DNA of 32,000 nucleotides from Promethearchaeum syntrophicum (GCF_008000775.2 NZ_CP042905.2:180001-212000); one strand, 5' to 3'. Positions 1 to 9,539 are shown, counted from the stretch's first letter. Notes: generated by a model not told the origin, from the letters alone. Translations and numbers: made by a program.

Positions 1-863
1 ATTGCTGCAATTACATCATCTTCACGAATTGTTCCAGATGAATTAGAAACTTTGGCATTTATTAGAAATGCCTCTGTAGCCACACCTCTATATTTTCCAT
101 CTGAAATACTTCCACTCCCAGCAGCGATACCTGCACAATGAGTTCCATGTCCATAATCATCATATGTATAATTTTCTTTGGAAATGTGATCTTCATATGT
201 AAAATTTCGGCTTTTAATTATCCTTGGGTGTTTTGGATTACCATCAAAAAAAAAATCGGGATGTACTGTGATTCCAGTATCTAAAATTGCTAATTTTACT
301 CCTTTTCCTGTGTATGGCACTTTATTTGCTCCGATAGTATCGATCCACCAGTTTTTTAAGCTAAATGGCCGAGACCAATTATTTAATAAAAAATTATTTT
401 GTTCAAGAATACTCTTTTGATGATTTCTGCTTATATATTGAATTTGATCCAAAGATTCAATTTGATTTATCAATGTTTTTAATTCTTCACCAGAAATTCG
501 TAATGATAAGCAAGGAATGATATCATAATTATAAATTATTTGGGCATTTGGGGTATAATGTGAAGTGAATTCCAAACGATTTAACTTTGAATAGCGATTA
601 TTGAAATTAATAAGAATGTCATATATTCTTTCTTCAGAATTCTGATTTTTTATATCTTCAACAAGCTTTTGCTCTATTTTTTGGGAAGATTTTTCATCTT
701 TTATTTCAGTTTCGATATTAACATTTCTTGGAAAATCATTTATAAAGTTCGGAACTGGCGAATTTTCAATTAATTCTGGGTTTAATATAAATGGAATTGA
801 ATTATTAAAGAGAAACAAAAAAAAAATTACCAAGATTATTTTTTTTATTATTTTTAAGCCCAT
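1..863 (-). CDS. Subtilisin-like (S8) serine protease, secreted, N-terminal part only; gene runs off the left edge
   Basis: Manual minus-strand translation from ATG at 863 (absent from ORF track because open at the edge): MGLKIIKKIILVIFFLFLFNNSIPFI (signal-like), then GKGVKLAILDTGITVHPDF (catalytic Asp motif) and DYGHGTHCAGIAAGSG (catalytic His motif). Confidence 0.93.
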   Translation of the reverse strand, partial: MGLKIIKKIILVIFFLFLFNNSIPFILNPELIENSPVPNFINDFPRNVNIETEIKDEKSSQKIEQKLVEDIKNQNSEERIYDILINFNNRYSKLNRLEFTSHYTPNAQIIYNYDIIPCLSLRISGEELKTLINQIESLDQIQYISRNHQKSILEQNNFLLNNWSRPFSLKNWWIDTIGANKVPYTGKGVKLAILDTGITVHPDFFFDGNPKHPRIIKSRNFTYEDHISKENYTYDDYGHGTHCAGIAAGSGSISDGKYRGVATEAFLINAKVSNSSGTIREDDVIAA

Positions 864-980
864 TTCAAGTTCTCGAGTAATTTAATAGTATTTAATCTTT
901 AATCTTAAGTCCATATATAATAAATTTTTTAATTTATGTCGATTTTCTTAAAATAATAATTAGGATATAGATGAACCACC

Positions 981-1172
981 GTGGGATTATATAATTTAGT
1001 TGAACAATTACTTCCTCATGAATTTTCCATTTATCAATTCATGGCAGTTTTAGACATGGATCGCGAAGACGCAAGAGAAGCACGAAATATATTAAAACAA
1101 TTTTATCTTCGTGGATATATTAATCGAATTTCAAAGAATATGTATTCGAAAACAATTTCTAACAATAAATAA
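981..1172 (+). CDS. Small winged-helix-like protein (63 aa)
   Basis: ORF with helix-rich composition and wHTH-like tail ARNILKQFYLRGYINRISKNMYS. Confidence 0.5.
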   Translation: MGLYNLVEQLLPHEFSIYQFMAVLDMDREDAREARNILKQFYLRGYINRISKNMYSKTISNNK

Positions 1173-1221
1173 ATATTAATAAATTTTTTATTCAATTTTT
1201 ACATAATAAATTAGATTCTTA

Positions 1222-1611
1222 ATGAAGATCTGCCTTTCATGCGGTAAATGTTGTTATAATACTGAAATGGAATTAAGCAAACAAGATATTATTAGGATTG
1301 AGGATCAAAATACATTAGGGTTAAGGAAGGATGATTTTTGCATTGAAACAGATGGATTTCTTAAATTAAAAAATATTGATAATCATTGTATTTTTTTAGA
1401 TCCAAACACAAAACATTGTAAAATTTACTTATTTAGACCAACAGGATGTAAGTTTTACCCTCTAATATTCAATCAAGAAAAAAATAAATGCGTAATCGAT
1501 GAGGATTGTCCTTATAAAAATAATTTCTATGTGCATAAACCAATATTAAAGAAAAATTGTAGAGAATTAAGAAAATGGGTTTCTAATGAATTATTTAATA
1601 TTTCGGATTAG
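1222..1611 (+). CDS. YkgJ-type cysteine cluster protein (putative Zn/Fe chelating)
   Basis: MKICLSCGKCCYNTEMELS...DNHCIFLDPNTKHCKIYLFRPTGCKFYPLIF: CxxCC and C-x8-C-x7/8-C pattern typical of the family. Confidence 0.85.
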   Translation: MKICLSCGKCCYNTEMELSKQDIIRIEDQNTLGLRKDDFCIETDGFLKLKNIDNHCIFLDPNTKHCKIYLFRPTGCKFYPLIFNQEKNKCVIDEDCPYKNNFYVHKPILKKNCRELRKWVSNELFNISD

Positions 1612-2473
1612 TCACAAATTGATTAAAGGCATTTTTTATTTCATTTCTTATTTTTTCCATTTTTTGATTATTTATTTGTAATGATCTTCTCTCTATAACA
1701 ATTTTTAATGAATTTAATATCTCTGCAACCCAAAACTCGGTAAATTTTTCATAGTTTTTATGATTAGGGGTAATGTAGGAATTTAATCTATTTTCTACTG
1801 ATTGATAGGATAATAAGAAATAAATCATTCTGTTCAAATTATATTCATTATCTGTTTCTTCAAAAATACCAGGGTTATTATCAATGAAAGAAACCATAAG
1901 GTTAGAGATATTTCTGACAATATCACCTTCATGAATTTCTTCATAATCCACGAAAAACAAACTTTGGGATTTTGAAAAAATAAAATTTCGTAATCTTGCA
2001 TCCCCAAAAACTAATCCTTGCTTATTTAATTTCTGATAACACTTAGCCAATAGGCATAATGATTTATTTGATAATTTTTGTGCCATTAATAAGTCAAAAT
2101 AATTTTCTCCAGAAATAAATTCGTAGATCACAATAGCAGGACACGAATAAATTAAATTGGGCAAGTTTTTCTTACCAAAAAGAGATTTTAATTTTAAATA
2201 TTTATCGATTTCATTATTCCAAGAATTTAAATAGCCTAAAATTTTGTCATTGAACATTTTTATGACAATTTCATTCGGACGTCTTAAAGATACTGAATTT
2301 TCAAAAAATAAAAGTTCTGTTTTTATGACATAATGTTTTTTACTATGAAATTGAGTACATTTATTATGATTAAACTTAATTTTATCACCAGATAAGCTAA
2401 TTATGCCTCTAATTTTATTAATTATTTCAATACAATTCATAGCATTTTTTTCATGCTTCATAGATAAACTCAA
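1595..2473 (-). CDS. Divergent Bud32/RIO-like protein kinase fold protein
   Basis: EIVIKMF (beta3-Lys-like), VIYEFISG hinge-like, GLVFGDARLRNFIF (HGD-x4-N-like catalytic loop with His->Phe), LFFVDYEE (DFG-like). Tail-to-tail overlap with preceding gene. Confidence 0.6.
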   Translation of the reverse strand: MSLSMKHEKNAMNCIEIINKIRGIISLSGDKIKFNHNKCTQFHSKKHYVIKTELLFFENSVSLRRPNEIVIKMFNDKILGYLNSWNNEIDKYLKLKSLFGKKNLPNLIYSCPAIVIYEFISGENYFDLLMAQKLSNKSLCLLAKCYQKLNKQGLVFGDARLRNFIFSKSQSLFFVDYEEIHEGDIVRNISNLMVSFIDNNPGIFEETDNEYNLNRMIYFLLSYQSVENRLNSYITPNHKNYEKFTEFWVAEILNSLKIVIERRSLQINNQKMEKIRNEIKNAFNQFVTNPKY

Positions 2474-2511
2474 TAATATTTAATCAGTAACGAAATATAT
2501 AATAATTAATT

Positions 2512-3015
2512 ATGACCAGTAAACCAACAAGTTCAGTTTCTAAAAGGTTATATGTTGAGAAAATCAAAAAAGGGACTGTAATTGATCATATTAAAGAAGG
2601 TTTTGCAATTTCAGTCTTAAAAATATTGGGATTGGAAGGAAGAAATGGCACACTTATTGCAATAGGTATAAATGTTAAATCTAACGTCTCAAATAGTGGT
2701 CACAAGGATATACTTAAAGTGGAAAATATTTATCTTGATGAAAAGCAAATTCATCAAATTGCATTAATATCTCCTGGAAGTAAAGTCTCATTTATTGAAG
2801 ATTTTCAAATAAAAGAGAAATTTGTAGTCAAAATACCGGCATCAATTAATGGAATTATAGATTGTCCAAATGAAAAATGCATAACTAACGTAGATAGAGA
2901 ACCTGTATTAACAGAATTCAAAGTTTTATCTGAAAACCCTTTAAAAATTGCATGTAATTATTGTGAACGAATATTATATAAGGAAGAAATTCTACGTATG
3001 GCAGAAAAAAATTAA
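2512..3015 (+). CDS. pyrI: Aspartate carbamoyltransferase regulatory chain
   Basis: N-terminal RLYVEKIKKGTVIDHIKEGFAISVLKILG, C-terminal Zn domain CPNEKCITN...CNYCERIL. Confidence 0.93.
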   Translation: MTSKPTSSVSKRLYVEKIKKGTVIDHIKEGFAISVLKILGLEGRNGTLIAIGINVKSNVSNSGHKDILKVENIYLDEKQIHQIALISPGSKVSFIEDFQIKEKFVVKIPASINGIIDCPNEKCITNVDREPVLTEFKVLSENPLKIACNYCERILYKEEILRMAEKN

Positions 3016-3099
3016 TTTTATGTGATTTGCATAAATTTTTTTGATATTTTTACCTATATAAAGTATTTTGAATAAAGAAATTTGAGGAATTTAACAGCA

Positions 3100-4458
3100 A
3101 TGGCTAAGAAAAAGAAAAGAAAAAAATATATTGTTAAACATAAAGTTAAAGAAAAAGATGAGATAAAGAATAAAGAATTATCTATGGAAGAAAAATTCTA
3201 TTGGAGCAGAGTTATTACAGGAGTATTATCAGGAATTTTTGGAGCTTGGCCATTTCAGCTGGTTGGATGGTGGATGTTTTTATATATGATGTGTTTCCAA
3301 TTTATTTTCCCCTTTTTCCTAAGTTTTGTTGTTTTTCGATTACCATATAAAAAAGGTAAATGGGATTGGAAAAATATTCTAAAAACTGGAATTGGAGCGA
3401 ATTTCTTTATATTTTTATTAGCATCTACTGCCGTTCATACTTTTGTTGTATTCCCAGACTGGAGGGATCAGCTTCAAAATCATGCAGATACCAATGAGAT
3501 TATTATTTCTGATGATACTGCTTATGTAGCTGATGGAGATAATGGGTTGTTAATTGTAAATATATCAAATATATATGACCGATCTTTAATTGGAAAATTT
3601 GATACTGAAGGGTCCGCAGAAAATATTATAGTTATGAATGATAGGATATATCTAACTGTAGAAAATTTCCTTTATCTTATAAATTCATCAGATTTATCAA
3701 ATCCGAAAGAATTAACTCATTACAATATTTCAGGAAATATTAATGATATTGCTATAAAGAATGAAATTATATATCTCACTGACGATTTGCAAGGATTAAC
3801 TATTCTTGAAACATCAGGTGAAAACCTTAGTTTAATTGGCGATTTCAAAATAGATAATTCTACATTTCAATCTGTTATTATTGAAAACGAAGTTGCGTAT
3901 GTGGCTACAAGAAATCATGGATTTTATATATTAAATGTTTCACAACCCAACCTTCCACAAGTTTTAGGAAATTGTAATTTACATGGGAATCTTAATTCTA
4001 TTTATATTAATGGAACTGTAGCTTTTATTTCTGCAGAAGATCAAGGTATACATTTAGTAAACATTACTAATTTCGATGATCCTGCACTAATCAATACCTT
4101 TAATACTACAGGTAATTCAACCGACATAATAGTTGACGGAAATCATATGTATATTTCGGATAATATTGAGGGAATCATAAGGTATGAACTGAATAATAAT
4201 TTGGATATCACCACAAATGGTACAATTCATACTTTAAATGGAATCGCTATGAAAATGATAATTGATAATAATTATATGTTTATATCTAAGGGAACAAAGG
4301 GTATTGAGATCATAAACCTAGCTGAATTTGGGACTGTAGAAGAAGGCACTGAAGAATCTTCAATTTCATTTGGTTGGGGATGGGCAATTTTCTCATTTCT
4401 TTCAATTGGTTTAATTATTTTAGGAATCAAGAAAAAAACCAAAAAAATAGATTTCTAA
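3100..4458 (+). CDS. Membrane protein with LVIVD-like beta-propeller repeats
   Basis: Repeated 'DTAYVADGDNGLLIVNISNIYDRSLIG' units; N-terminal hydrophobic helices (WPFQLVGWWMFLYMMCFQFIFPFFLSFVVF; ANFFIFLLASTAVHTFVVF) and a C-terminal TM. Track starts at 3082; MAKKKKRKK start at 3100 is more plausible. Confidence 0.8.
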   Translation: MAKKKKRKKYIVKHKVKEKDEIKNKELSMEEKFYWSRVITGVLSGIFGAWPFQLVGWWMFLYMMCFQFIFPFFLSFVVFRLPYKKGKWDWKNILKTGIGANFFIFLLASTAVHTFVVFPDWRDQLQNHADTNEIIISDDTAYVADGDNGLLIVNISNIYDRSLIGKFDTEGSAENIIVMNDRIYLTVENFLYLINSSDLSNPKELTHYNISGNINDIAIKNEIIYLTDDLQGLTILETSGENLSLIGDFKIDNSTFQSVIIENEVAYVATRNHGFYILNVSQPNLPQVLGNCNLHGNLNSIYINGTVAFISAEDQGIHLVNITNFDDPALINTFNTTGNSTDIIVDGNHMYISDNIEGIIRYELNNNLDITTNGTIHTLNGIAMKMIIDNNYMFISKGTKGIEIINLAEFGTVEEGTEESSISFGWGWAIFSFLSIGLIILGIKKKTKKIDF

Positions 4459-4504
4459 TTGTTCCTAAATTCTTTTTTATTTTGATCTAATAAGGAAATG
4501 CAAA

Positions 4505-6661
4505 ATGGCAGTAAAAGATATTAAAAAACCCAAGTTGCTAAAAAAGAATATTAGCAATATTGATCTTTATGTTTTATCCTATGAATTTGATAAAACCCTC
4601 AAAGATGGCTTTATATCAAATATTTATGAAATACCAACTAATGAAGGAAAGACTATCTTAATAAAATGCAGAACTAAGGATGGTAAAAGAAATATCATTA
4701 TTGATCCTAAAACAAGAATAAATTTTACAAATTTTGATTATCCAACCCCGCCTTATCCATCGCAATTTATTATGGCTCTTAGAAAGTATATGAAAGGGAG
4801 AAGAATTCAACGAATTTATCAGCATAAATTAGATAGAATATTAATTTTCGAGTTGAAATCTTCTGATGGTGATCCTTGGAAATTTATAATAGAATTTTTT
4901 GGTGGAGGGAATTACATTCTTGTTGATGGTGAAGGGCTCATATATATGGCTAAAAGATATAAAAAAATGAAAGATAGGGCAGTTCTTGCTAAAAAAGAGT
5001 ATATATTTCCCCCTTCTAGAGGAATTGATATATGGGAAATTACAGAAAAAATATTTATAGAAACATTGTTCGGTAAAGAAGGTGATATTGTCCGAAATAT
5101 TGCACGTGCATTTAATATCGGAGGATACATATCAGAAGAAATTTGTCTCAGATCAAAAATTGATAAAAATCGAGAAATGTCAAGTTTAACTGAAGAAGAA
5201 TTTTCCACTCTTTATAAATCAACCAAGAATATAATTAATATAATTAAAAATAAAGAGATTTCACCACGAATAATACTAAATACAAATAAGAAATCTATTG
5301 GTTTTGAACCTTTTAATCTTGAAATCTACTCAAAGCATTCCTTTGTTATAAAAAATAATTTTAATGAAGCTATTGATGATTTTTTTTCACAATTTGATTC
5401 CGAAGATTTATTTTCAGGAGACCTTAAAGAGTCAAAAAAGAAAGTAAGCAAAACAGAAAAAATTCTAAATAGTCAATTAGAGAAAGTCGAAGAATCTATT
5501 AAATTGCGAAAAAAATCCCTTGAACACGGCCATTTAATATACCAATATCTTACAGAATTGGATAATTTGATAAATACTATAATGAATCAAAAAAGAATAA
5601 AGAAAAGAAGTTGGAAAGAAATTTCTGAAATTTTAGAACAAGGAAAAGAAAAAAAAATTGCTGAATGCTTAATTTTTGATAAAATATTTCAAAAAGAAGT
5701 TGCACTACAAATCATTTTAGAAGGAGAAAAATTTAAAATAGACTTAAAGAAAACTGCAATTGAGAACGCTCAGATAATTTATTCAAAAGCAAAAAAAGCC
5801 AACAAAAAGATTATTGGAGCTAAAAAAGCAGCAAAAATTACTAAAGAAAAAATCTTACTCCAAAAAGAAAAGCAAGAACAAGTTGAAACTAGAAAAGCAA
5901 TTCTACTAAAAAGACCTAACGCAAAATGGTATGAAAAATATCGTTGGTTCATATCTAGTGATAATATTTTAATTGTTGGTGGAAGAGACGCATCATCCAA
6001 TGAGATTATAGTAAAAAAACACATGAACAATAACGATCTTTTTTTCCATGCTGATGTTCGCGGAGCTTCAGTATGTATAATAAAAAATGAGCTGAATGAA
6101 AAGATACCAGAAACTACAATTATTGAAACTGCAATATTTGCTTCATGTTATTCTTCAGCATGGAAATTAGGATGGGGAAACACTGATATATATTATGTTT
6201 CGCCAGAACAAGTATCAAAAACACCAAAATCTGGTGAATTTTTGAAAAAAGGTTCATTTGTAATTACCGGTAAGAAGAACTTCTTATCTAAACCTTATTT
6301 GGAAATATCAATTGGGGTGAATCTTATTCCTGTAAATTTAAATGAAGATGAAATTAAAGCTCTAGATAAAGACAAGGAAAATTTAGAAAAATCTCAAGTA
6401 TTAAAAGAAGATGGTGAGGAAATTCAATACTTTCCTAAAGTATTCTCTTCTCCATTATCTGCTATGAAAATTCAATCATCAAATTATGTTAGATTAAAAC
6501 CTTCAAAACAATCAGTAAAAACTAGCGCTTTAGCAAAAAAGATTTTAGAAATTTTTATAAATAATTCAAAAGATCAAGATAAACGATGGATAAGATTGAT
6601 TTCAGTAAATGATATCATTCGTTTGATTCCTTCCGGAAACGGGGAAATTGTACGAAAATAA
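4505..6661 (+). CDS. rqcH: RqcH/Rqc2/NEMF-family (NFACT) ribosome quality control protein
   Basis: NFACT-N (FISNIYEIPTNEGKTILIKCR), coiled coil, NFACT-R (KWYEKYRWFISSDNILIVGGRDASSNEIIVKKHMNNNDLFFHADVRGA...SGEFLKKGSFVITGKKNFL). Confidence 0.93.
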   Translation: MAVKDIKKPKLLKKNISNIDLYVLSYEFDKTLKDGFISNIYEIPTNEGKTILIKCRTKDGKRNIIIDPKTRINFTNFDYPTPPYPSQFIMALRKYMKGRRIQRIYQHKLDRILIFELKSSDGDPWKFIIEFFGGGNYILVDGEGLIYMAKRYKKMKDRAVLAKKEYIFPPSRGIDIWEITEKIFIETLFGKEGDIVRNIARAFNIGGYISEEICLRSKIDKNREMSSLTEEEFSTLYKSTKNIINIIKNKEISPRIILNTNKKSIGFEPFNLEIYSKHSFVIKNNFNEAIDDFFSQFDSEDLFSGDLKESKKKVSKTEKILNSQLEKVEESIKLRKKSLEHGHLIYQYLTELDNLINTIMNQKRIKKRSWKEISEILEQGKEKKIAECLIFDKIFQKEVALQIILEGEKFKIDLKKTAIENAQIIYSKAKKANKKIIGAKKAAKITKEKILLQKEKQEQVETRKAILLKRPNAKWYEKYRWFISSDNILIVGGRDASSNEIIVKKHMNNNDLFFHADVRGASVCIIKNELNEKIPETTIIETAIFASCYSSAWKLGWGNTDIYYVSPEQVSKTPKSGEFLKKGSFVITGKKNFLSKPYLEISIGVNLIPVNLNEDEIKALDKDKENLEKSQVLKEDGEEIQYFPKVFSSPLSAMKIQSSNYVRLKPSKQSVKTSALAKKILEIFINNSKDQDKRWIRLISVNDIIRLIPSGNGEIVRK

Positions 6662-6674
6662 TTTTTTTTATGAT

Positions 6675-6690
6675 TATTATCGTGATAATA
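6675..6690. promoter_or_regulatory. Inverted repeat TATTATC-GT-GATAATA upstream of RHH gene (possible operator or 3' element of rqcH)
   Basis: Perfect 7-bp arms separated by 2 nt, 13 nt after the rqcH stop; AT-rich background makes chance plausible. Confidence 0.25.
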
Positions 6691-6758
6691 TTATAGTGCT
6701 ATTGGAATATTGGATTCATATAGATAACAATTCTTTACAATATATATTCAGAATAATA

Positions 6759-6911
6759 ATGAAATTAATTACTCTTAATTTACCAGAAGCTTATATTGAT
6801 GGTTTAGAAAAATTAGTTCAAGAAAATATTTATCCAAACCGCTCTGAGGCGATAAGATTAGCTGTACGTGATTTAATACGTAAAGAAAATGCTTATAATC
6901 CAATTCCCTGA
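6759..6911 (+). CDS. Ribbon-helix-helix (CopG-like) transcriptional regulator, copy 1
   Basis: MKLITLNLPEAYIDGLEKLVQENIYPNRSEAIRLAVRDLIRKE: classic RHH. Track ORF begins at 6648 but homology starts at Met 6759. Confidence 0.88.
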   Translation: MKLITLNLPEAYIDGLEKLVQENIYPNRSEAIRLAVRDLIRKENAYNPIP

Positions 6912-6966
6912 TTTTTGAAAATATTAAATCATTTAAAATAAGATAAAAAAGGAAATGGAAAGTGTA

Positions 6967-7452
6967 TTAAAAATCTCTTTTTTCAATCTTTCCTTGAAGA
7001 AAATAGAAATATGTAATACAAATTGTGATTCCAATTGTTGTTATAAAAAAGGTCGTAAAATTTGAGCTCACTTGGAGAAGGGAAATAACAAAAATAACGA
7101 TCATTTCCTTCCAAGTCATAATATAACCCCTATATTCTTGAAAATTTCCTATTGATATAAATAAAAAGAAGAAAAACAAGATTACTGAGAAGGATTTAAT
7201 TATAATATCCATAATATAAAGAAAAGAAGGTGCTCCTCCATCATCAATAACAATTTTTGCTTCAACTACATTTTCAACCCAACCTGTTATTATATTACCA
7301 TTGAATATAAATGAGATTAACAAGAATAGAGCTGCTAATAGGTAAGTAATTAACGTAGAAGAAAACATTGCGTTTTTTACTTTTCCTTTTTGAATTTCTA
7401 AATTTTTTAATTTCTCTTCTTTTATTTTTTTAGCTTTTTTAATTTTAGGCAA
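6967..7452 (-). CDS. Small integral membrane protein, unknown function
   Basis: Multiple hydrophobic segments; starts 1 nt after the stop of the upstream surface protein gene; real start may be an internal Met (MFSSTLITYLL). Confidence 0.65.
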   Translation of the reverse strand: MPKIKKAKKIKEEKLKNLEIQKGKVKNAMFSSTLITYLLAALFLLISFIFNGNIITGWVENVVEAKIVIDDGGAPSFLYIMDIIIKSFSVILFFFFLFISIGNFQEYRGYIMTWKEMIVIFVISLLQVSSNFTTFFITTIGITICITYFYFLQGKIEKRDF

Positions 7453-7453
7453 T

Positions 7454-8326
7454 TTAATCTTCCTCCATAAATTTGTATTGTGGGTTTTTTGCTCTAACTG
7501 AAATTAAGATTATTCCATAAACTCCAAAAATAACAGAAACAGAAATTAAAACAATCATCATATATAATTCAGTATCAAAATCATAATCACTTATAGTATC
7601 ATCGCCAATGTCAATCCCTTTTGGACCTATCTGAATTGAGAGCGCTTCATTTGAGATAGTTTCATCAGTTTCTGTATTATTAATACCAATATTAATCGAA
7701 AGCTTCTCAAATACTTTGATAGAACTATCTTCAGTTAGATTTTCAGTTAAAGGTTGATAATCTAATTTATATTCATAATATCGGTGAGTGTCGGTTCCAT
7801 TTCCAATTTTCGCTGCCCCTTCAAAACCTTCATCTAAAGAATCAGGAATATATAATTCTTCATCACTTAGATAGTAATCCAAATAGGTTGATTCATTTCC
7901 TTGATTTGTTATATCAAATAAAGTAATTTGTTTTTTATCAAAAATTTCTCCAGTTTCAGTTTCATTTGTCGAATTGGAAAGATATAATGAAATTGTTTCA
8001 GTATTGTATGTAGTTACAAATTTTACTTCAACGAGTATATAAATGTAATCTAGATCATGTTGGACATAAAGTGTAATTCCCCTACCTCCGTCACCAAATG
8101 TATGAAATGATTTATTACCATTTGTATTCCAAGATTCATCAAGAATTCCATCAATTACTGGAGGATTTTCCAAATTTGAATTTGAGGTTATTTCAGTAGG
8201 AGTCCACGCTAAGCTATTAGGTAAGTTGAGAGATAATATTGTAAACGACAATATTAATAGAAGAGTAATAGTACCTCGTTTGGGTGATGACATTATTTCC
8301 ACTAGTAATTGGAAAATTATTATCAA
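7454..8326 (-). CDS. Secreted/membrane-anchored protein with CBM9/DOMON-like domain
   Basis: Signal peptide ITLLLILSFTILSLNLPNSLA; 'NPPVIDGILDESWNTNGNKSFHTFGDGGRGITLYVQHDLDYIYILVEV' is typical of CBM9-like domains; C-terminal TM MMIVLISVSVIFGVYGIILI. Confidence 0.75.
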   Translation of the reverse strand: MIIIFQLLVEIMSSPKRGTITLLLILSFTILSLNLPNSLAWTPTEITSNSNLENPPVIDGILDESWNTNGNKSFHTFGDGGRGITLYVQHDLDYIYILVEVKFVTTYNTETISLYLSNSTNETETGEIFDKKQITLFDITNQGNESTYLDYYLSDEELYIPDSLDEGFEGAAKIGNGTDTHRYYEYKLDYQPLTENLTEDSSIKVFEKLSINIGINNTETDETISNEALSIQIGPKGIDIGDDTISDYDFDTELYMMIVLISVSVIFGVYGIILISVRAKNPQYKFMEED

Positions 8327-8459
8327 TTTTTTAAATTTGTTGTGCGATCATTTTTTTAGATTTAATTTTACATTATATTGAATTGGACAAAACCCGTTAA
8401 AATGTATATATCGAGATATTATCCCTTATTAATAATTTATATGTACTCTGATCATTCAA

Positions 8460-8472
8460 GGGTAATATACCC
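8460..8472. promoter_or_regulatory. Inverted repeat GGGTA-ATA-TACCC 24 nt upstream of RHH copy 2 (candidate autoregulatory operator)
   Basis: Direct reading; GC-containing palindrome arms in very AT-rich upstream region. Confidence 0.4.
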
Positions 8473-8496
8473 ATATATACAATCGAGTGAAAAAAA

Positions 8497-8679
8497 ATGA
8501 GATTAATTACAGTTCATCTTCCCGAAGCATATTTAGCGGGTATAGATAAGTTGGTTACAAATGAAGCATATCCAAATCGTTCAGAAACAATTCGCGTTGC
8601 AGTAAGAGATTTATTAAAAGCAGAATTAGGAGCCTTTATTCGCTATCAGACTAAAGAAGTCCCAGATCTTCTTAATTAA
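8497..8679 (+). CDS. Ribbon-helix-helix (CopG-like) transcriptional regulator, copy 2
   Basis: MRLITVHLPEAYLAGIDKLVTNEAYPNRSETIRVAVRDLLKAELGAF; clear paralog of 6759-6911. Confidence 0.9.
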   Translation: MRLITVHLPEAYLAGIDKLVTNEAYPNRSETIRVAVRDLLKAELGAFIRYQTKEVPDLLN

Positions 8680-8737
8680 ATGTTTTTTTTTTATTTTTTG
8701 AAATGTTTTTTTATGTTTTATTCCTATTAGATTAATA

Positions 8738-9184
8738 ATGAAGACATGGAAAATTTCTGTAAAAATAGATGATAATTCCGTAGAAAATTTAGAATTAGTT
8801 GATATTTTAGAAGTCATGGATGGCTATTTAAATATTTATAGAACATATTTTGATGAACTACTAAATATCGTTAAAATGATTAATAAATATAGTATTGGGA
8901 AAGGATTAGAAAACGTTATTGGTCCTGATAATAAAGACTGGACAAAAAATCCATGGTTATTACTCATGTTTAAAGATAATGAAAAGGAAATTCCTTTTTG
9001 GTTGTTATTAAAGCGTGAAAAAGACTTAACGGGATACTTAGTAGGTGTGGGACCGCAAAAATTTTATGAATATTGTAAAAATTCAAAGGAACCTGATGAT
9101 GAAATTAAAAGACTTATGGAATATATTATCGCATACCCGCAAAAATTCAAAGTATCAATAATTATTCCAAACTTCATTGAATAA
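8738..9184 (+). CDS. Conserved-looking hypothetical protein (148 aa)
   Basis: Intact soluble ORF, no family recognised. Confidence 0.7.
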   Translation: MKTWKISVKIDDNSVENLELVDILEVMDGYLNIYRTYFDELLNIVKMINKYSIGKGLENVIGPDNKDWTKNPWLLLMFKDNEKEIPFWLLLKREKDLTGYLVGVGPQKFYEYCKNSKEPDDEIKRLMEYIIAYPQKFKVSIIIPNFIE

Positions 9185-9539
9185 TATTATTACGTCTAAA
9201 TTTTTTTTCGTAATATCCCTTTTTCTTTTGAGGTCCAAATGAAGACAATCCTTGATTTTTAATCTGGTCTTTTAAGCTTTGAAATTCATCAAGAGATATT
9301 TCGTTTCTATTTAAAAGAAACTCGATTATTTCAAATGCTTCTTCCTTTGTACTGCATCGTCTTATAAAATCAATAGCACCAGGATCAGGAACAATATTTT
9401 GTATTCCTTGAATGTTGATTGTTTTTTCTCCACCCATCAACTCAGAACTTAGATGAGGCAAAGATTTTTTAAAATCCTTAGCATCAAATTCAATGGTTAG
9501 ATTATCATCAGATAATTTAGGGGAAGTTTTTTTATTCAT
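9174..9539 (-). CDS. Uncharacterised archaeal protein, DUF2095-like (tentative)
   Basis: FKKSLPHLSSELMG ... AFEIIEFLLNRNEISLDEFQSLKDQIKNQGLSSFGPQKKKGYYE resembles a short archaeal family with this C-terminal pattern. Confidence 0.6.
   Translation of the reverse strand: MNKKTSPKLSDDNLTIEFDAKDFKKSLPHLSSELMGGEKTINIQGIQNIVPDPGAIDFIRRCSTKEEAFEIIEFLLNRNEISLDEFQSLKDQIKNQGLSSFGPQKKKGYYEKKFRRNNIIQ

Noticed and set aside
4912-6030. Antisense ORFs 4912-5208 and 5779-6030
   Set aside because: Fully inside the well-supported rqcH coding sequence on the opposite strand; no recognisable family.
8626-8817. Minus ORF 8626-8817
   Set aside because: Antisense to the end of RHH copy 2 and the start of the 8738 gene; poly-Lys/Ile composition.
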